Shown here piece by piece: positions 14,293-26,986 of a stretch of DNA of 64,000 nucleotides. The number at the start of each line of letters is the position of its first letter. Position 1 is the first letter of the stretch. The stretch is from the NCBI GenBank assembly GCA_964016885.1, contig OZ024743.1, forward strand, positions 351,044,001 through 351,108,000. Reading direction: 5' to 3'. This stretch comes from Eledone cirrhosa (taxonomy: Eukaryota). A model generated the notes under the pieces. The model did no database searches. It was not told where the DNA came from and worked only from the letters and a program-made list of their open reading frames with translations. A program made the translations under genes and the position numbers.

Positions 14293-14677
14293 AATATAAT
14301 ATATATATATTATATATATATATATATTTATGTTTGTGATGTGAATATGCGTATGTATATATGGATAAACTTATATATATATATATATACATACACATAT
14401 GTATGCGTGTGTATGTATGTATGGGTGTAAGTATGTATATATATGTTTGTATGTATGTATTTGGTGACAAATGATAGATTATATTAATGTTTCCAATTGA
14501 ATGAATACAATCAAATTAACCTATTTATTCTAATGCACACACACATATATATATACATATATATATGTATATATATATGTATGTATGTGTGTATGTATCT
14601 ATGTATCTATGTATCTATGTATCTATGTACGTATGTATATGAGTGCGTGTGTGTGTGTATGTGTGTGGCTATACCGG

Positions 14678-14811
<134 letters not shown>

Positions 14812-14919
14812 GAGAGAGAGAGAGAGAAAGAGGGAGATAGGGAGGGAGTGTGTGTGTGTATGTATATGAGCATTTATATATACGTATATATATGTAAATA
14901 TGTATATGTTGATATGTTT

Positions 14920-14995
<76 letters not shown>

Positions 14996-15058
14996 GATAT
15001 AGATTTAGATATAAACGTATATACATTTATATATATATTATATATATATATGTATATA

Positions 15059-15138
<80 letters not shown>

Positions 15139-15140
15139 TA

Positions 15141-15298
15141 TAGGAACAAGTATGACCCCTAGTCCAGAAATAGCCGTCGAAACGGCTTGAGCTCTGCGGT
15201 CGGGGTCATACTTGTTCCTATTACCCACTCTACTACCCTAAGTATTGAGAACTTTAGTGCGTTATGGTCCATGTGGTTCCTTACCACAATTCCTTTGT
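15141..15298 (+). mobile_element. pLTR fragment of the same family with a short 5' inversion; 3' half of a hammerhead
   Basis: Inverted pair taggaacaagtatgacccc/ggggtcatacttgttccta encloses cagaaatagccgtcGAAACggc...GTC. Homologous to 14011-14158. Confidence 0.6.
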
Positions 15299-15316
15299 TA
15301 TATATAAATATATATT

Positions 15317-15421
<105 letters not shown>

Positions 15422-15696
15422 ATGTGTGTGTGTGTTTAATTACAAGACACACTGTTGACTTCAATTTCATATAAACACTTCTTTCAGTTTCATAATAGTC
15501 ATTTTATAAACAAATACTTAATGCAAACGTCTTACTGTTGACAAACGTCATGCCTCCTATATGTACACACATACACCCCCCCCCCACACACATATATACG
15601 TAGGTATATATATGTGTGTGTGTGTGTGTGTGTAAGTATTTCCGTAAAAAAGGTCAAGGAAAGAAGAGTGCTCTATGTATAGTACATGTATGTATC

Positions 15697-15770
15697 TATT
15701 TCATCTGATGAGCGAACTGGACGTTTCTGTAAAGATCGTCTAGTTTCCTGAAACCTTTGGTAATGAAATA
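15697..15770 (+). ncRNA. Type I hammerhead ribozyme (Penelope pLTR)
   Basis: Stem I tatttcat/atgaaata (8 bp); CTGATGA 15705-15711; stem II aactggacg/cgtctagtt; GAAAC 15750-15754; stem III ACC-ttt-GGT; cleavage triplet GUA ending 15762. Confidence 0.85.
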
Positions 15771-15793
15771 ATTATACAGTCTTGTTTATTATG

Positions 15794-15878
<85 letters not shown>

Positions 15879-16562
15879 CACAGACAAACACACAGACAGA
15901 CACACAGACAGACACACACACACACATACCCCCCCCCCCTCCACACACACACACACACACACACATACCCCCCCCCCCCTCCACGCACACACACACACAC
16001 ATATATATATTATATATATACAGTGAATATGGATAAAGGAAGTTAATTTTAACCTGTTGAATTACACTTCTTGTTTTTATATATACATATGTATATGTAT
16101 ATATATATATCTGTCTGTGTGTGTATGCATGTATATATATATATATATGTGTGTGTATATATATATACACACACATCCACACACGGACACACATTTATAT
16201 ATCTATTAATATATACGTACATGAGAATATGTACGAATATATACATCCTTGTAGTTAAACAATCTGTTGAATACCACTTTGTATATACAGAATTACAGAA
16301 TACCACTCACACATCGATATATCTGTGTATATAGAGAAAGTATGTATGTATGTACATATGTATGTGTGTGTGTATGTACGTATGTATGTGTGTATGTAGT
16401 TATGTATATATGTGTGTATGTATGTATATGTGTGTATATGTGTGTATATATATGTATATATATATATGTATGTATTTATTTATTTATTCATGTATGTATG
16501 GGTGTGTGTATTTATTTATGTATGTATCTACGCATGTATATATGTGTGTATGTATGTATGTA

Positions 16563-16917
16563 TCTGATATAACACCTGCAACCCTATGGTATCCAATGAT
16601 GTTGACTAGTTCTTCTTTTTGGTAAATATCATCTTGGTTAAGAGAGTGGGACTGGCTTTGTGCAGTGCCTTTGCTCACTATAAAAGCTTCACGGCACAGG
16701 CATTGCTTTATATCTGGAGATCTCTCTGCACTTGTCGTCACATGGTGCCATGGGCCCAGCACTATGTGTCAATAATTGTCACAAGTGTAGTGTTTGTACC
16801 AGAGTTTTCAAGTCGCTGGCTGGATTAAAAAGTCACACTCGTTCAGCGCATCGGTAGGGGTTCTCCTACATGGATATAAAGTGGTGGCCGTACTCGAAAA
16901 CGAGTTGGCAACCAGCA
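16563..16917 (-). mobile_element. Structured (CATA)n-inserted non-coding element, subfamily A, 3'-truncated
   Basis: Reverse complement of the 5' ~355 nt of 61464-62056, flanked by (TATG)n. Confidence 0.85.
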
Positions 16918-17508
16918 TGTATGTATGTATGTATGTATGTATGTATGTATGTATGTATGTATGGGCGGGTGGGTGGTGGGTGGACGGAGTGATGGATATA
17001 CATTTAGCATGTGAGCGTTGAAGCGTAGAGTGTGTGTTTATAGTAACGGGATTTTGGAATTTGATAGAGTGATGGTGGAAGTGCTTAGCTATTTGTGTTA
17101 TGTCGGCGTGTACAGTGTGTTAGGTGGGTCGATATATACAAGTTGGTAGTTAAGGCGTGGTGTTGCTTTGAAGATTTCATGCAGTGATGGTGTCGGTGTA
17201 GTGCATAATGTTGTTATTATTGTTTTTTGTTTGTTTTTTTTGTGTAGCCCTAAGTCAACCCTGAACGAATAGATCTATGTATGTTGAAGGTATTTCAAGC
17301 GTGACCAGAAGTGGACTGGCCATATGGATATTCGAGTAATGTCCGGTGGACCGCTGGATTGGGTGGAAAAAAGAGAATAAGCTGAAAAACATTAATGAAC
17401 TTTGAGTTGACCTGATAGGTGACAGATGCTTTGGTCGGTTGTAAGACCCAGTCGGCTTCTAGTCTTGGCCATCAAGACTTTTGCTTATGTGCAGGGAACA
17501 ATGAATGG

Positions 17509-17753
17509 CAGTGTTTTGCCCAGTGTGTTCCACGGAGCTCGAGAGTGCAGGGAAAAAATCTTCCTGTGGTACCCGTGAGATAAAGGTGCCTTTTTACGAA
17601 GAAATTTTCTCTAAAATCAATGTTTGTTTTATTTCATGATATTAAAATTAGAGTGGTGCAAATTATCTATAAAATAAAAATAGCTGTGTTTACCGCAAAT
17701 TTTTGGAAAATCGTTTAAGGGTTCCGCACAAAAAATAAGTTTGGAAATCACAG
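17509..17753. mobile_element. Degenerate hAT-type MITE
   Basis: CAGTG start, gggttccgc...aaaaaataagtttggaaatcacag end, resembling CAGTG..CACTG hAT termini. Confidence 0.4.
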
Positions 17754-18096
17754 TTTTATGAAGTGTTTTATTATATTAGGTTAGAGTAGTAACACAATTA
17801 TATAACTAACACTATGATGTTGTTCCATAGAGGTGTGTAGCTATAGTGCAATTCCGGTGTATAGTGTTGTGGTAGAGTGGTGTTGCTGTACATAGCAGTG
17901 ATAGTGTTTCCACACTGCACTAAATAGAGTAAGCATCTGTTGGCTTATATTATATATGTGCAGCTATATATTTAATATATTTAACATGATAAATATTGCT
18001 TAAGGATATATAAACTATCAGCCTACTCCTCTCTTATTATCTCTATTAGACACATATACATACATGCAATATATACTTATATATATATATATGTAT

Positions 18097-18611
<515 letters not shown>

Positions 18612-18645
18612 TAATTTTAATACTTCATAAGCTAACCGTTCTGTT

Positions 18646-18725
<80 letters not shown>

Positions 18726-18730
<5 letters not shown>

Positions 18731-18919
18731 ATCCCGGGCTTAATCTGGGGGTAAACACAGTAAGGTACTCAATACATAGCAGAGTACACATTTTTTATAT
18801 AGAAATGGCTTCTACAGGACTAGAACTGTTTCATTAGAAGAAAATCGTCAGGGCTTTCCTGATGATTTCCTTCGAATGAAACAGTTCTATTCCTGTAGAA
18901 GCCATTTCAATATTTAAAA
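18726..18919. mobile_element. Fold-back pLTR with two back-to-back hammerhead cores (minus 18807-18851, plus 18852-18903)
   Basis: Plus: CTGATGA 18859, ttc-cttc-gaa, GAAACAG-ttctattc-CTGTA, gaagcc. Minus: CTGACGA...GAAACAG-ttctagtc-CTGTA-gaagcc. Confidence 0.75.
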
Positions 18920-19239
18920 CAAATATATATATACATGTATATACATATATACTGTAAGTATATATATATATATATATGGAGAGAGAGAGAGAGAGAAATA
19001 TACACACAAATGTGAACACACGCACACAAACACACACACATACACGCACATGGCGTTTACCATATTAGTTTTGAAACGAATCATCTTTGGTGTTTTTTTT
19101 CCGTTTCCAAATTGTTTCCACTTCTATCACATAGACAATAATACTCTTATCTCCGAAAAACATCTAATGATTTAACCTGCTTTAGATATTTTTTGACCAC
19201 CTCAAGTTAGAACTTGCCTCATTTGTAAATAAATTAGCG

Positions 19240-20116
19240 GTGTATGGGGTAATTACACGAAATAGAACCTTTCGAGCAATGTATAATTGTAGGATTCCAC
19301 GTGATTGCCCATTACAGGGTTAATGACTAGTTTTTCAATATAATGTATAGATATAATGTATCAACTGAAAACGAAAAATAATACTACATAGAAACCACTT
19401 CGAACATTTTTTTAAAACACGGTTTAATGCACACATGAACTCTTTTAGAAATGAAACCAAGAAACACAATACGTCATTTCTAGAATTTATCTAGAAATTA
19501 CACAATTCAAAAGCTAGGTATGATTTAAGCTCGTCAATAATTAATTCGGTTTGCCTATATAAGGAGGACAGGTGGGAGTGTGATTTATTTTCTCTCGAGG
19601 CTTTAGAGTTATCATTGTCTGATAAACCTCTCTTAAACCTGAGGCAGGAAATTATTATATGCTGCTCCCATCAGATTCTGCGAACATATTCAAGGCTGGT
19701 TTGTGATCCAACGTAGATAAGCATAACTTCAAACGTTATCTAGAGAATATAATCTTTACTATATTCTTTTATCACTGTATCATGTTATTTATTGATTCTT
19801 TTATTTTTTATTTCCTTTTACACCATATTTTCTATCCTTTGAGCTACCGTAATTCTTTTAACGGTGGTACACCAACATCACCAGGATTGTCTATGTAACG
19901 GCTTTGTTGCAATACTAAAATCATTTGTTAAATTTTCCCGAGGAAGTGTGCAAGCTCCGAGTCATGTGTCATACTATATCAAAATGGCAGTTACGCAATT
20001 CAACATAACTGTTCTGATAAAAATGTGGAAGCGGCTATAACCACCGAAACATATGTAGGAAATGAAATTATGTGAATTGGTCTGTTTTCTATCATTATAA
20101 ATTTTTATCTTTATTG

Positions 20117-20120
<4 letters not shown>
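19240..20120 (+). mobile_element. Decayed Penelope-like (Naiad-type) GIY-YIG C-terminus, 3' UTR and degenerate hammerhead (20010-20061)
   Basis: Manual translation YNCRIPRDCPLQG**L...NIMY...YYIETTSNIF/KTRFNAHMNSF...ECDL...LLNLRQEIIICCSH, with stops and frameshifts. Then CTGATAA..gtgg/ccac..GAAAC-atat-GTA. Confidence 0.75.
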
Positions 20121-20151
<31 letters not shown>

Positions 20152-20277
20152 GGCTTATAATTATATAATGATTGATCGATCTATATGTACATTTTCATGT
20201 CTGTTTGTCTATATACTTCTCCATATACAATTCAGTTGATCTCTCTCCCTTTTTCTCTCTCGTTCTCTCGTTCTCTT

Positions 20278-20338
<61 letters not shown>

Positions 20339-20517
20339 CCCTTTCTCTCTCTCTCTCTCTTTATATATATATATCTATATATGTATATATATATACATAT
20401 ATATATATATACATATATATGAAACCAAGAAACACAGTACGTCATTTGTGGAATTTATCTAGAAATTACAAAATTCAAAAGCTAGGTATAATTTAAACTC
20501 GTCGATAATTAATTCGG

Positions 20518-20558
<41 letters not shown>

Positions 20559-20944
20559 AAATCCCCTGATATAATAGTCATTAGACACAAGCCGTTTGAC
20601 CTTATGTAATTAGAGGTGTGTAACAACGGGAGTATTAGCTTCATTGATTTATCCCTGGAAACAAAATAAGTGCACATAATTCCGAGAGTCGGTTGGACTG
20701 AGACAATTTACATTAACATAAATACTCTAGACATTAGCAACAGAATTGAACTCATGGCCTTCAACTTGCCTTTAATAGACATAACCATATGCACGCATAA
20801 ATTTACACACTGAAACACACACAACTCCTTCTCATTCTGTATCCATATGTATGGCAACATGAATGGGCCTGTTATTTTTCTCTAAAAACATTTTTTCCAA
20901 TTCCACCCTGCTCGTCCCTTCAATCTTTCTAATTTCTCATTCTT

Positions 20945-20980
20945 TCTTCTGATGAAGGACTAGCGTCCGAAACGTTAGGA
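20945..20980 (+). ncRNA. Minimal hammerhead ribozyme (palindromic helix III) in a pLTR repeat (~20860-21065)
   Basis: tctt-CTGATGA-a-ggac tagc gtcc-GAAAC-GTT-agga. A near-identical copy is at 48865 and the 3' end alone at 38318-38362. Confidence 0.75.
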
Positions 20981-21155
20981 CCCTCTTACTGCTATTTCAA
21001 GCGTTAACCTAATATATTCCTTCCATACACTGTACCGATTGGGTTGTTATTTCTGTTTACCTTTTATATATATACTGAAGTAAAGGTTAAGTGGAAATAT
21101 CCAAGAGTAAGAGCACTCAGTCAATAGGTCGAATTTAGTATAGAATAGGATACTC

Positions 21156-21720
21156 TTGACCAACAATGTAAAAACCTATATCACCGGCAAACACAAAAAC
21201 TCTCCACAGTACGAATGCTCATGTAGAAGACCTGATACTTGTCCACTAGACCGACAGTGCAACACTCCGGCAGTGATATACCAAGCAAAGGTTACATCCA
21301 CCAACCAGAACCAACAAACTGAAGCCTGGACCTATGTTGGTATGTCGGAGAGCCGGTTTAAAAACCGGTTCCGAATTCATGAAACAACATTCAGATATCC
21401 TGATAAAAAAGCATACCACCGGGCTCGCAAACCACGTATGGGACCTTAAGAGAAATGGCACGCCTTTTTCTGCCAAATGGCATATTTTGGAAAGATCTAC
21501 CGCCTGCGTAAATGGGTCGAAATTAACTCCTTCTTTTCTATACTTTTTCTAAATTACCTGCCTCTACGTGAACTGTCTTGTAATATCCCCAAAGGGAAAA
21601 CACAATCAACTATAGGCGGCCATCTTGGTTTTCCACTTTTCTCATGACAGGCTGAAGAATTTGAGGCCCAGAACCCAACGAAACTTGAGTACTTGTTTAT
21701 GTCAATGTTGTAATTATTTA
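21156..21720 (+). mobile_element. Penelope-like (Naiad-type) GIY-YIG endonuclease fragment with downstream pLTR
   Basis: CSCRRPDTCPLDRQC...VIYQA...YVGMSESRFKNRFRIH (CxCx5C linker plus GIY-YIG), frameshifted. Hammerhead follows at 21646. Confidence 0.85.
21646..21697 (+). ncRNA. Type I hammerhead ribozyme
   Basis: gacagg-CTGAAGA(21652)-...ttgagg/cccaa...-GAAAC-ttga-GTA-cttgtt. Confidence 0.7.
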
Positions 21721-22260
21721 TATATATATATATACATATTTACGGAGAGAGGGAGAGTAAGGAATAGGGAGAAAGTAAGGCAGAGAGTCAGAGAGAGGCT
21801 TCTGAAAAACGCTTAATGGGCTATAGAAGTTACCATCCTTGCTTGTTTGTTTTCATGGCCTAAAATCCCTAGAGGGGATTTAGGCCATGCGATTGATTGA
21901 AATTTTGTCACCACATGCCATATTCAGAGAGAGAGAGGGGGTGAGAGTGAGTGAGTGAGTGAGAGAGAGATGGAGAGAGAGGGTGAGAGAGAGAGGGTGA
22001 GAGAGAGAATATAAAGAGAGTAAGATTATAGCCAACGCTATGTAAACACCTCTATATTCACGATATCTTCGAGGACAGAAACATAAGGGACAGCCGGACT
22101 AGTTTGGATTTCGACTGTACTCAGAGACACAAGTTATTGATACACTATTATTAAGGGCTTGAGTTAAATGGGTACAGCAATCTGCATATATAACGCTCTC
22201 TTGGCAGCTTGTTTGACAAATGAACTACTGTTGGGTCAACAGTTTTATTTTTTTACTGCA

Positions 22261-22327
<67 letters not shown>

Positions 22328-22330
<3 letters not shown>

Positions 22331-23025
22331 TGGCTGCAAACTCTGATGAGAGTATTGCAATCGATTGTCAGATTACAGAAAATGGTGCACTTTTAGGACA
22401 CAGCCAGCCACACGAACCTGTAACACATCCTGAGCAACCAATTCCTGAAGGTGTTTTACGTGGTGAAAGGCCTTGCACTGGACCAATCACACTCTTTGAG
22501 CATCGAAAACAATACCCGAAAAGCAGAACTGGTCAACATCATCGGATGTTTCCGAAGCCGCAAGGTTTTTTTCTTCGGAGTTTCCTTCTCTTAGAAGGAT
22601 GTTGTGACAACAACTGGGGGCCTTTCACTCCCAGGTGAAAAATAAAGTACTATTTGGATGGCCGTTGACTCTGCTGAGTTTCTCTGCCATTTGCCAGGTC
22701 TTGTATTTCATCCTGCAGGGTGTCCAAATATCACTCCCCTCACCAAGCAAGCTTGGTGGGGTTGCCGGTTTAGTCGCCGACGACCCGACCAAGAGACGGG
22801 TTGTACTGGGTTACATGTTAACAGTAGCACTCGAGAGTGATCTGACCCAAAGTTCCTCTGCCCTTTGCCAGGTTTTGTATTTCATCCCGCACGGTGTTCA
22901 AATATCACCCCCCTCAGCAAGCAAGGTTGGTGGGGTTGCCGGTTTAGTCGCCGACGACCCAACCATGAGACAGGTTGTACTGGGTTACATGTTGCCAGTA
23001 GCACTCGTGAATGACCTGACACAAA
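22328..23025 (+). mobile_element. Structured non-coding element, subfamily C, with tandem duplication of its 3' ~175 nt
   Basis: Starts tggtggctgc; shares conserved blocks (tcaacatcat, tgacaa hairpin, ttggatggccgttgactc, caccaag..cttggtggggttgcc) with subfamilies A and B. The 3' module repeats at 22852-23025. Flanked by (TA)n. Confidence 0.85.
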
Positions 23026-23043
23026 TATATATATTACACTACT

Positions 23044-23105
<62 letters not shown>

Positions 23106-23349
23106 AGTGGTGTAATTGGCAGATGTAAACACCTTGCTTTCATATACAATATCTTCCTGAAAAGAAATGGGAAAATGGCTGAAATAGTTTCAATCCTGTT
23201 TGAGTTTCCTCAGCAATTCAGTAACTTCTTTAACCGACCATAGAGACACTGCGTATAGACCAGACCCATGATTATTAAGGTCAAATGGTTCGGTTAATAA
23301 ACCGGCGCATAACTAGTTACATATTACCATATATATATATATATATATG

Positions 23350-24300
23350 ATTAGTTACAAAAGTGATATATACAGGTACTTAAGTTTCGTTGGGTTATTC
23401 CCCCCAACTCATTCAGCCTGTTATATAAAATAAAGATCGTTTTGAGTTTTTTACACACTGAAACACACACAACTCCTTCTCATTCTGTATCCATATGTAT
23501 GGCAACATGAATGGGCCTGTTATTTTTCTCTAAAAACTTCACAGATCGTTTTGAGTTTTTTTTTTAATACACGAGAGTTCTTCAAAGGCAGGTAATTTCG
23601 AATTTAGCTATAAATAAACAATAGTTATCAAAAATAACTACAAAACGGTGGGGACTTGTGCAAAGTTAGTAATTCAAAGAAATTAAATTCCTTGAAATTA
23701 AAATGTTAGTTTGGTCTAGACCATTTTCTCAGAATTAGTTTCGTTTCGTGTGAACAACGAATAAAGCAGGCATTTAAGCAGTATTTCCCTGAAGCCATGT
23801 GCGGAAGTATATTCCACTTTTCCTAGTTACATAGCCGGCAAAATTTCGTCCCATTAACATAGGGGCTGTATTTTTCTAATATACTCCATTTAATGGAATG
23901 ATTTGGTGGCATGATTTTGTGAGGATGTGTGAATGTTGTTTCGTGGATCGGGTATCGGATTTTGAACCGGCTCTCGGACATTCCGACATAAGTCCATGCT
24001 TCAGTTTGGTGGTCCTGGATAAGACACTTGATTTTGCTAGGAATTTCACAAATATTCACGAGTTAGACAGATTAGTAATATCCCACTGCAGAAAAACCCT
24101 CAACTATAATAATGACAATCCCTGGATAAAGATATCCACTAACAATGACCCATTCAATGTGCAGATGAGATCATTTGACAGTGCTGATATATGCGATTTG
24201 GTGGGCCTTTTTATTTTAGACACTTTTCGTAAGAAATTCCCTGACTTCCATACGGGCCTATATCGGGATGACGGTCTGGCAACAAGAGATGCTAAAACAG
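23350..24300 (-). mobile_element. Penelope-like element: minus-strand GIY-YIG end and pLTR joined to an inverted RT fragment
   Basis: Minus 23823-24015: TEAWTYVGMSESRFKIRYPIH...CRLCN. Plus 24020-24290: FNVQMRSFDSADICDLVGLFIL...GLYRDDGLA (YRDD RT motif). Confidence 0.85.
23372..23421 (-). ncRNA. Hammerhead ribozyme with a one-nt core insertion; same family as 21646
   Basis: Minus strand: acagg-CTGAATGA-gttggg..cccaac-GAAAC-ttaa-GTA-cctgt. Confidence 0.7.
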
Positions 24301-24358
24301 ACTTAGATACACATGCACACTGACACAATCACACACACACAAACACACACGCACACAC

Positions 24359-24464
<106 letters not shown>

Positions 24465-24741
24465 CACACACACACACACACCCACACAAAGAACCAAACA
24501 TGTATGTAAAGAAAAAAGAGAAAGATATCTCTAGTACCTTGTTTTGACTTGTGTCCCATTATGCTTATATGTCTAAAAGCATATCTCAGAAAGCCGATAA
24601 TTAGAGATTGTTAATCTAAATTCCGAACTGACATGCGTGTTCGAGTCGATACGATCGATTAGAAACACATGATAATGGTGGCATAGCATAGCCGCAGTGC
24701 ATTGATTGAAAGGTATATATATATATATATATATACATATC

Positions 24742-24786
<45 letters not shown>

Positions 24787-24838
24787 TATATATATATATA
24801 TATATATCATTATATATATATATATATATATATATAAT

Positions 24839-24884
<46 letters not shown>

Positions 24885-24968
24885 CCAAGTGATAAACAGT
24901 GTTTTATTACGTCTTTTATCAACTATACTTTATTAATATCTTTTTCTATACACAAGCAAACAACAAAA

Positions 24969-25017
<49 letters not shown>

Positions 25018-25227
25018 CGGGCATATATACCCATTCGCTCTAAGCATTATTCTGGAATAGATGTAACAATTTACATATAATTAGCGTCCGTGTTAGTATA
25101 TATACAAAATTAGGTTAAATTCACTACATTTTCATCTGCTGTGAATTCAACTTAATTTTGTATATTACAACTCTGTGTGAGTGCTCTACCAACTTTCGAT
25201 ATAAATAAGTTTTTACAAAATTGACTA

Positions 25228-25325
<98 letters not shown>

Positions 25326-25352
25326 ACACACGCATGCATGTACACACAACAC

Positions 25353-25383
<31 letters not shown>

Positions 25384-25397
25384 TGTATGTATGTATG

Positions 25398-25966
25398 TAT
25401 GTATGTATGTATGTATGCTCGGGTCGTTGGCGACTAAACTGGCAACCCTACCAAGGTTTCTTGGTGAAAAAGGTGACTTTGGACATCCCGCAGGACTAAA
25501 AACAAAACCTGTCAAAGGGCAAAGGAGCTCTTAAGAGTCAACGGCCATCCAAAATCACTGGGAGAGATGACCCCTTAGCCTTTGTCAAGGCAGAATACTA
25601 GGAGAAGGAAAACTCTGATATAACACCTGCAACCCTGATGGTATCCAATGATGTTGACATGTTTTTCTTTTTGGTAAATATCATCTTGGTTAAGAGAGTG
25701 GGACTGACTTTGTGCAGTGCCTTTCCTCACTATAAAAGCTTCACGGCACAGGCATTGCTTTATATCTGGAATTCTCTCTGCACTTGTCGTCACATGGTAC
25801 CATGGGCCCAGCACTATGTGTCAATAATTGTAACAAGTGTAGTGTTTGTACCAGTTTTCAAGTCGCTGGCTGGACTAAAAAGTCACACTCGTTCAGCGCA
25901 TCGGTAGGGTTCTCCTACATGGATATAAAGTAGTGGCCGTACTCGAAAACGAGTTGGCAGCCACCA
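25398..25966 (-). mobile_element. Structured (CATA)n-inserted element, subfamily A
   Basis: Reverse complement of 61464-~62018; ends at gacccga-g-CAT and merges into (CATA)n. Confidence 0.88.
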
Positions 25967-26032
25967 TGTATGTAGGTAGGTAGGTAGGTAGGTCGGTAGG
26001 TAGGCATATGTATGTATATATATATAAATATA

Positions 26033-26937
26033 CGAGGTGTGTCAGAAAAGTTCCAGGACTGATGTCACAAAAGATTTATTTCAAACCCAAACTTCACACT
26101 AAGAGTTTTCTCCTTCAAAGTAATCCCCCTGGAGTCTAATGCACTTTTCCATCCTTTTCTGTCACGCTTGCATGCACTCCTGGAAGGATTCTTCCGGGAT
26201 CCTCCGCAGTTCCGTCGTCACGGCCTTTTTGATGTCGTCCACATCTTCAAAACGGGTCTCCTCGGGTCGTACTCGAAGATCCATGACTCATCACCGGTGC
26301 TGACTGTCCCTAGCAAGTCTGGTTCGGTTTCAAGACGCTCGAGGATGTCCTGGCACACTTGCATGCGTCGACCCTTCTGGTCATCGTTCAGCAGTTTTGG
26401 CACCATCTTCGCGCAGACTTTCCGCATGTCCAAATATTCAGTGAGAATCTTCCAGACGCTGTCCCCATTCATGCCCAGCTCATTTGCCATCAGTCGAACA
26501 GTCAGCCGACGATCGCTACGCACCATCTGCCTGACGCGCTCAACGTTGACCTCAGTCCTGATTGTTGAAGGACTTCCGCTCCTGGGGTCATCTTCCACGT
26601 CCTCGCGTCCTTCTTTAAACCTCTTGCACCACTCAAAAATACGCGAGCGTGACGTCATCTCATCTCCATACACTTGCTGCAGCAATCCCAGTGCTTCTGA
26701 CGGAGCTTTCAAGTTTGTTCGTTGCTCTGTGCTCATTGCTTGACGACCTGAAACAGAAGATGTATATAAAACATGTATATAAAATTATGAAGAAAAACGT
26801 TTGATCACTGCAGAGAGCTAAGATTACAGTTACATACTCCAGGGTGATTACTTTGAAGGAGAAAACTCTTAGTGTGAAGTTTGGGTTTGAAATAAATCTT
26901 TTGTGACATCAGTCCTGGAACTTTTCTGACTCACCTC

Positions 26938-26938
<1 letters not shown>
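26033..26938 (-). mobile_element. Internally deleted mariner transposon (transposase remnant 26218-26736)
   Basis: ~105-bp TIRs cgaggtgtgtcagaaaagttccaggactga..., TA on both sides. ORF has HTH region (EQRxNLK, FEWCKRFKEGRE, DDPRSG), MVPKLL and TGDESW, but the rest of the DDD domain is missing. Confidence 0.95.

Positions 26939-26980
<42 letters not shown>

Positions 26981-26986
<6 letters not shown>

Noticed and set aside
22337-22385. CTGATGA at 22343 as a hammerhead core
   Set aside because: It is the loop region of the 5' hairpin of the structured element, with no matching stem II-GAAA-NUH arrangement.
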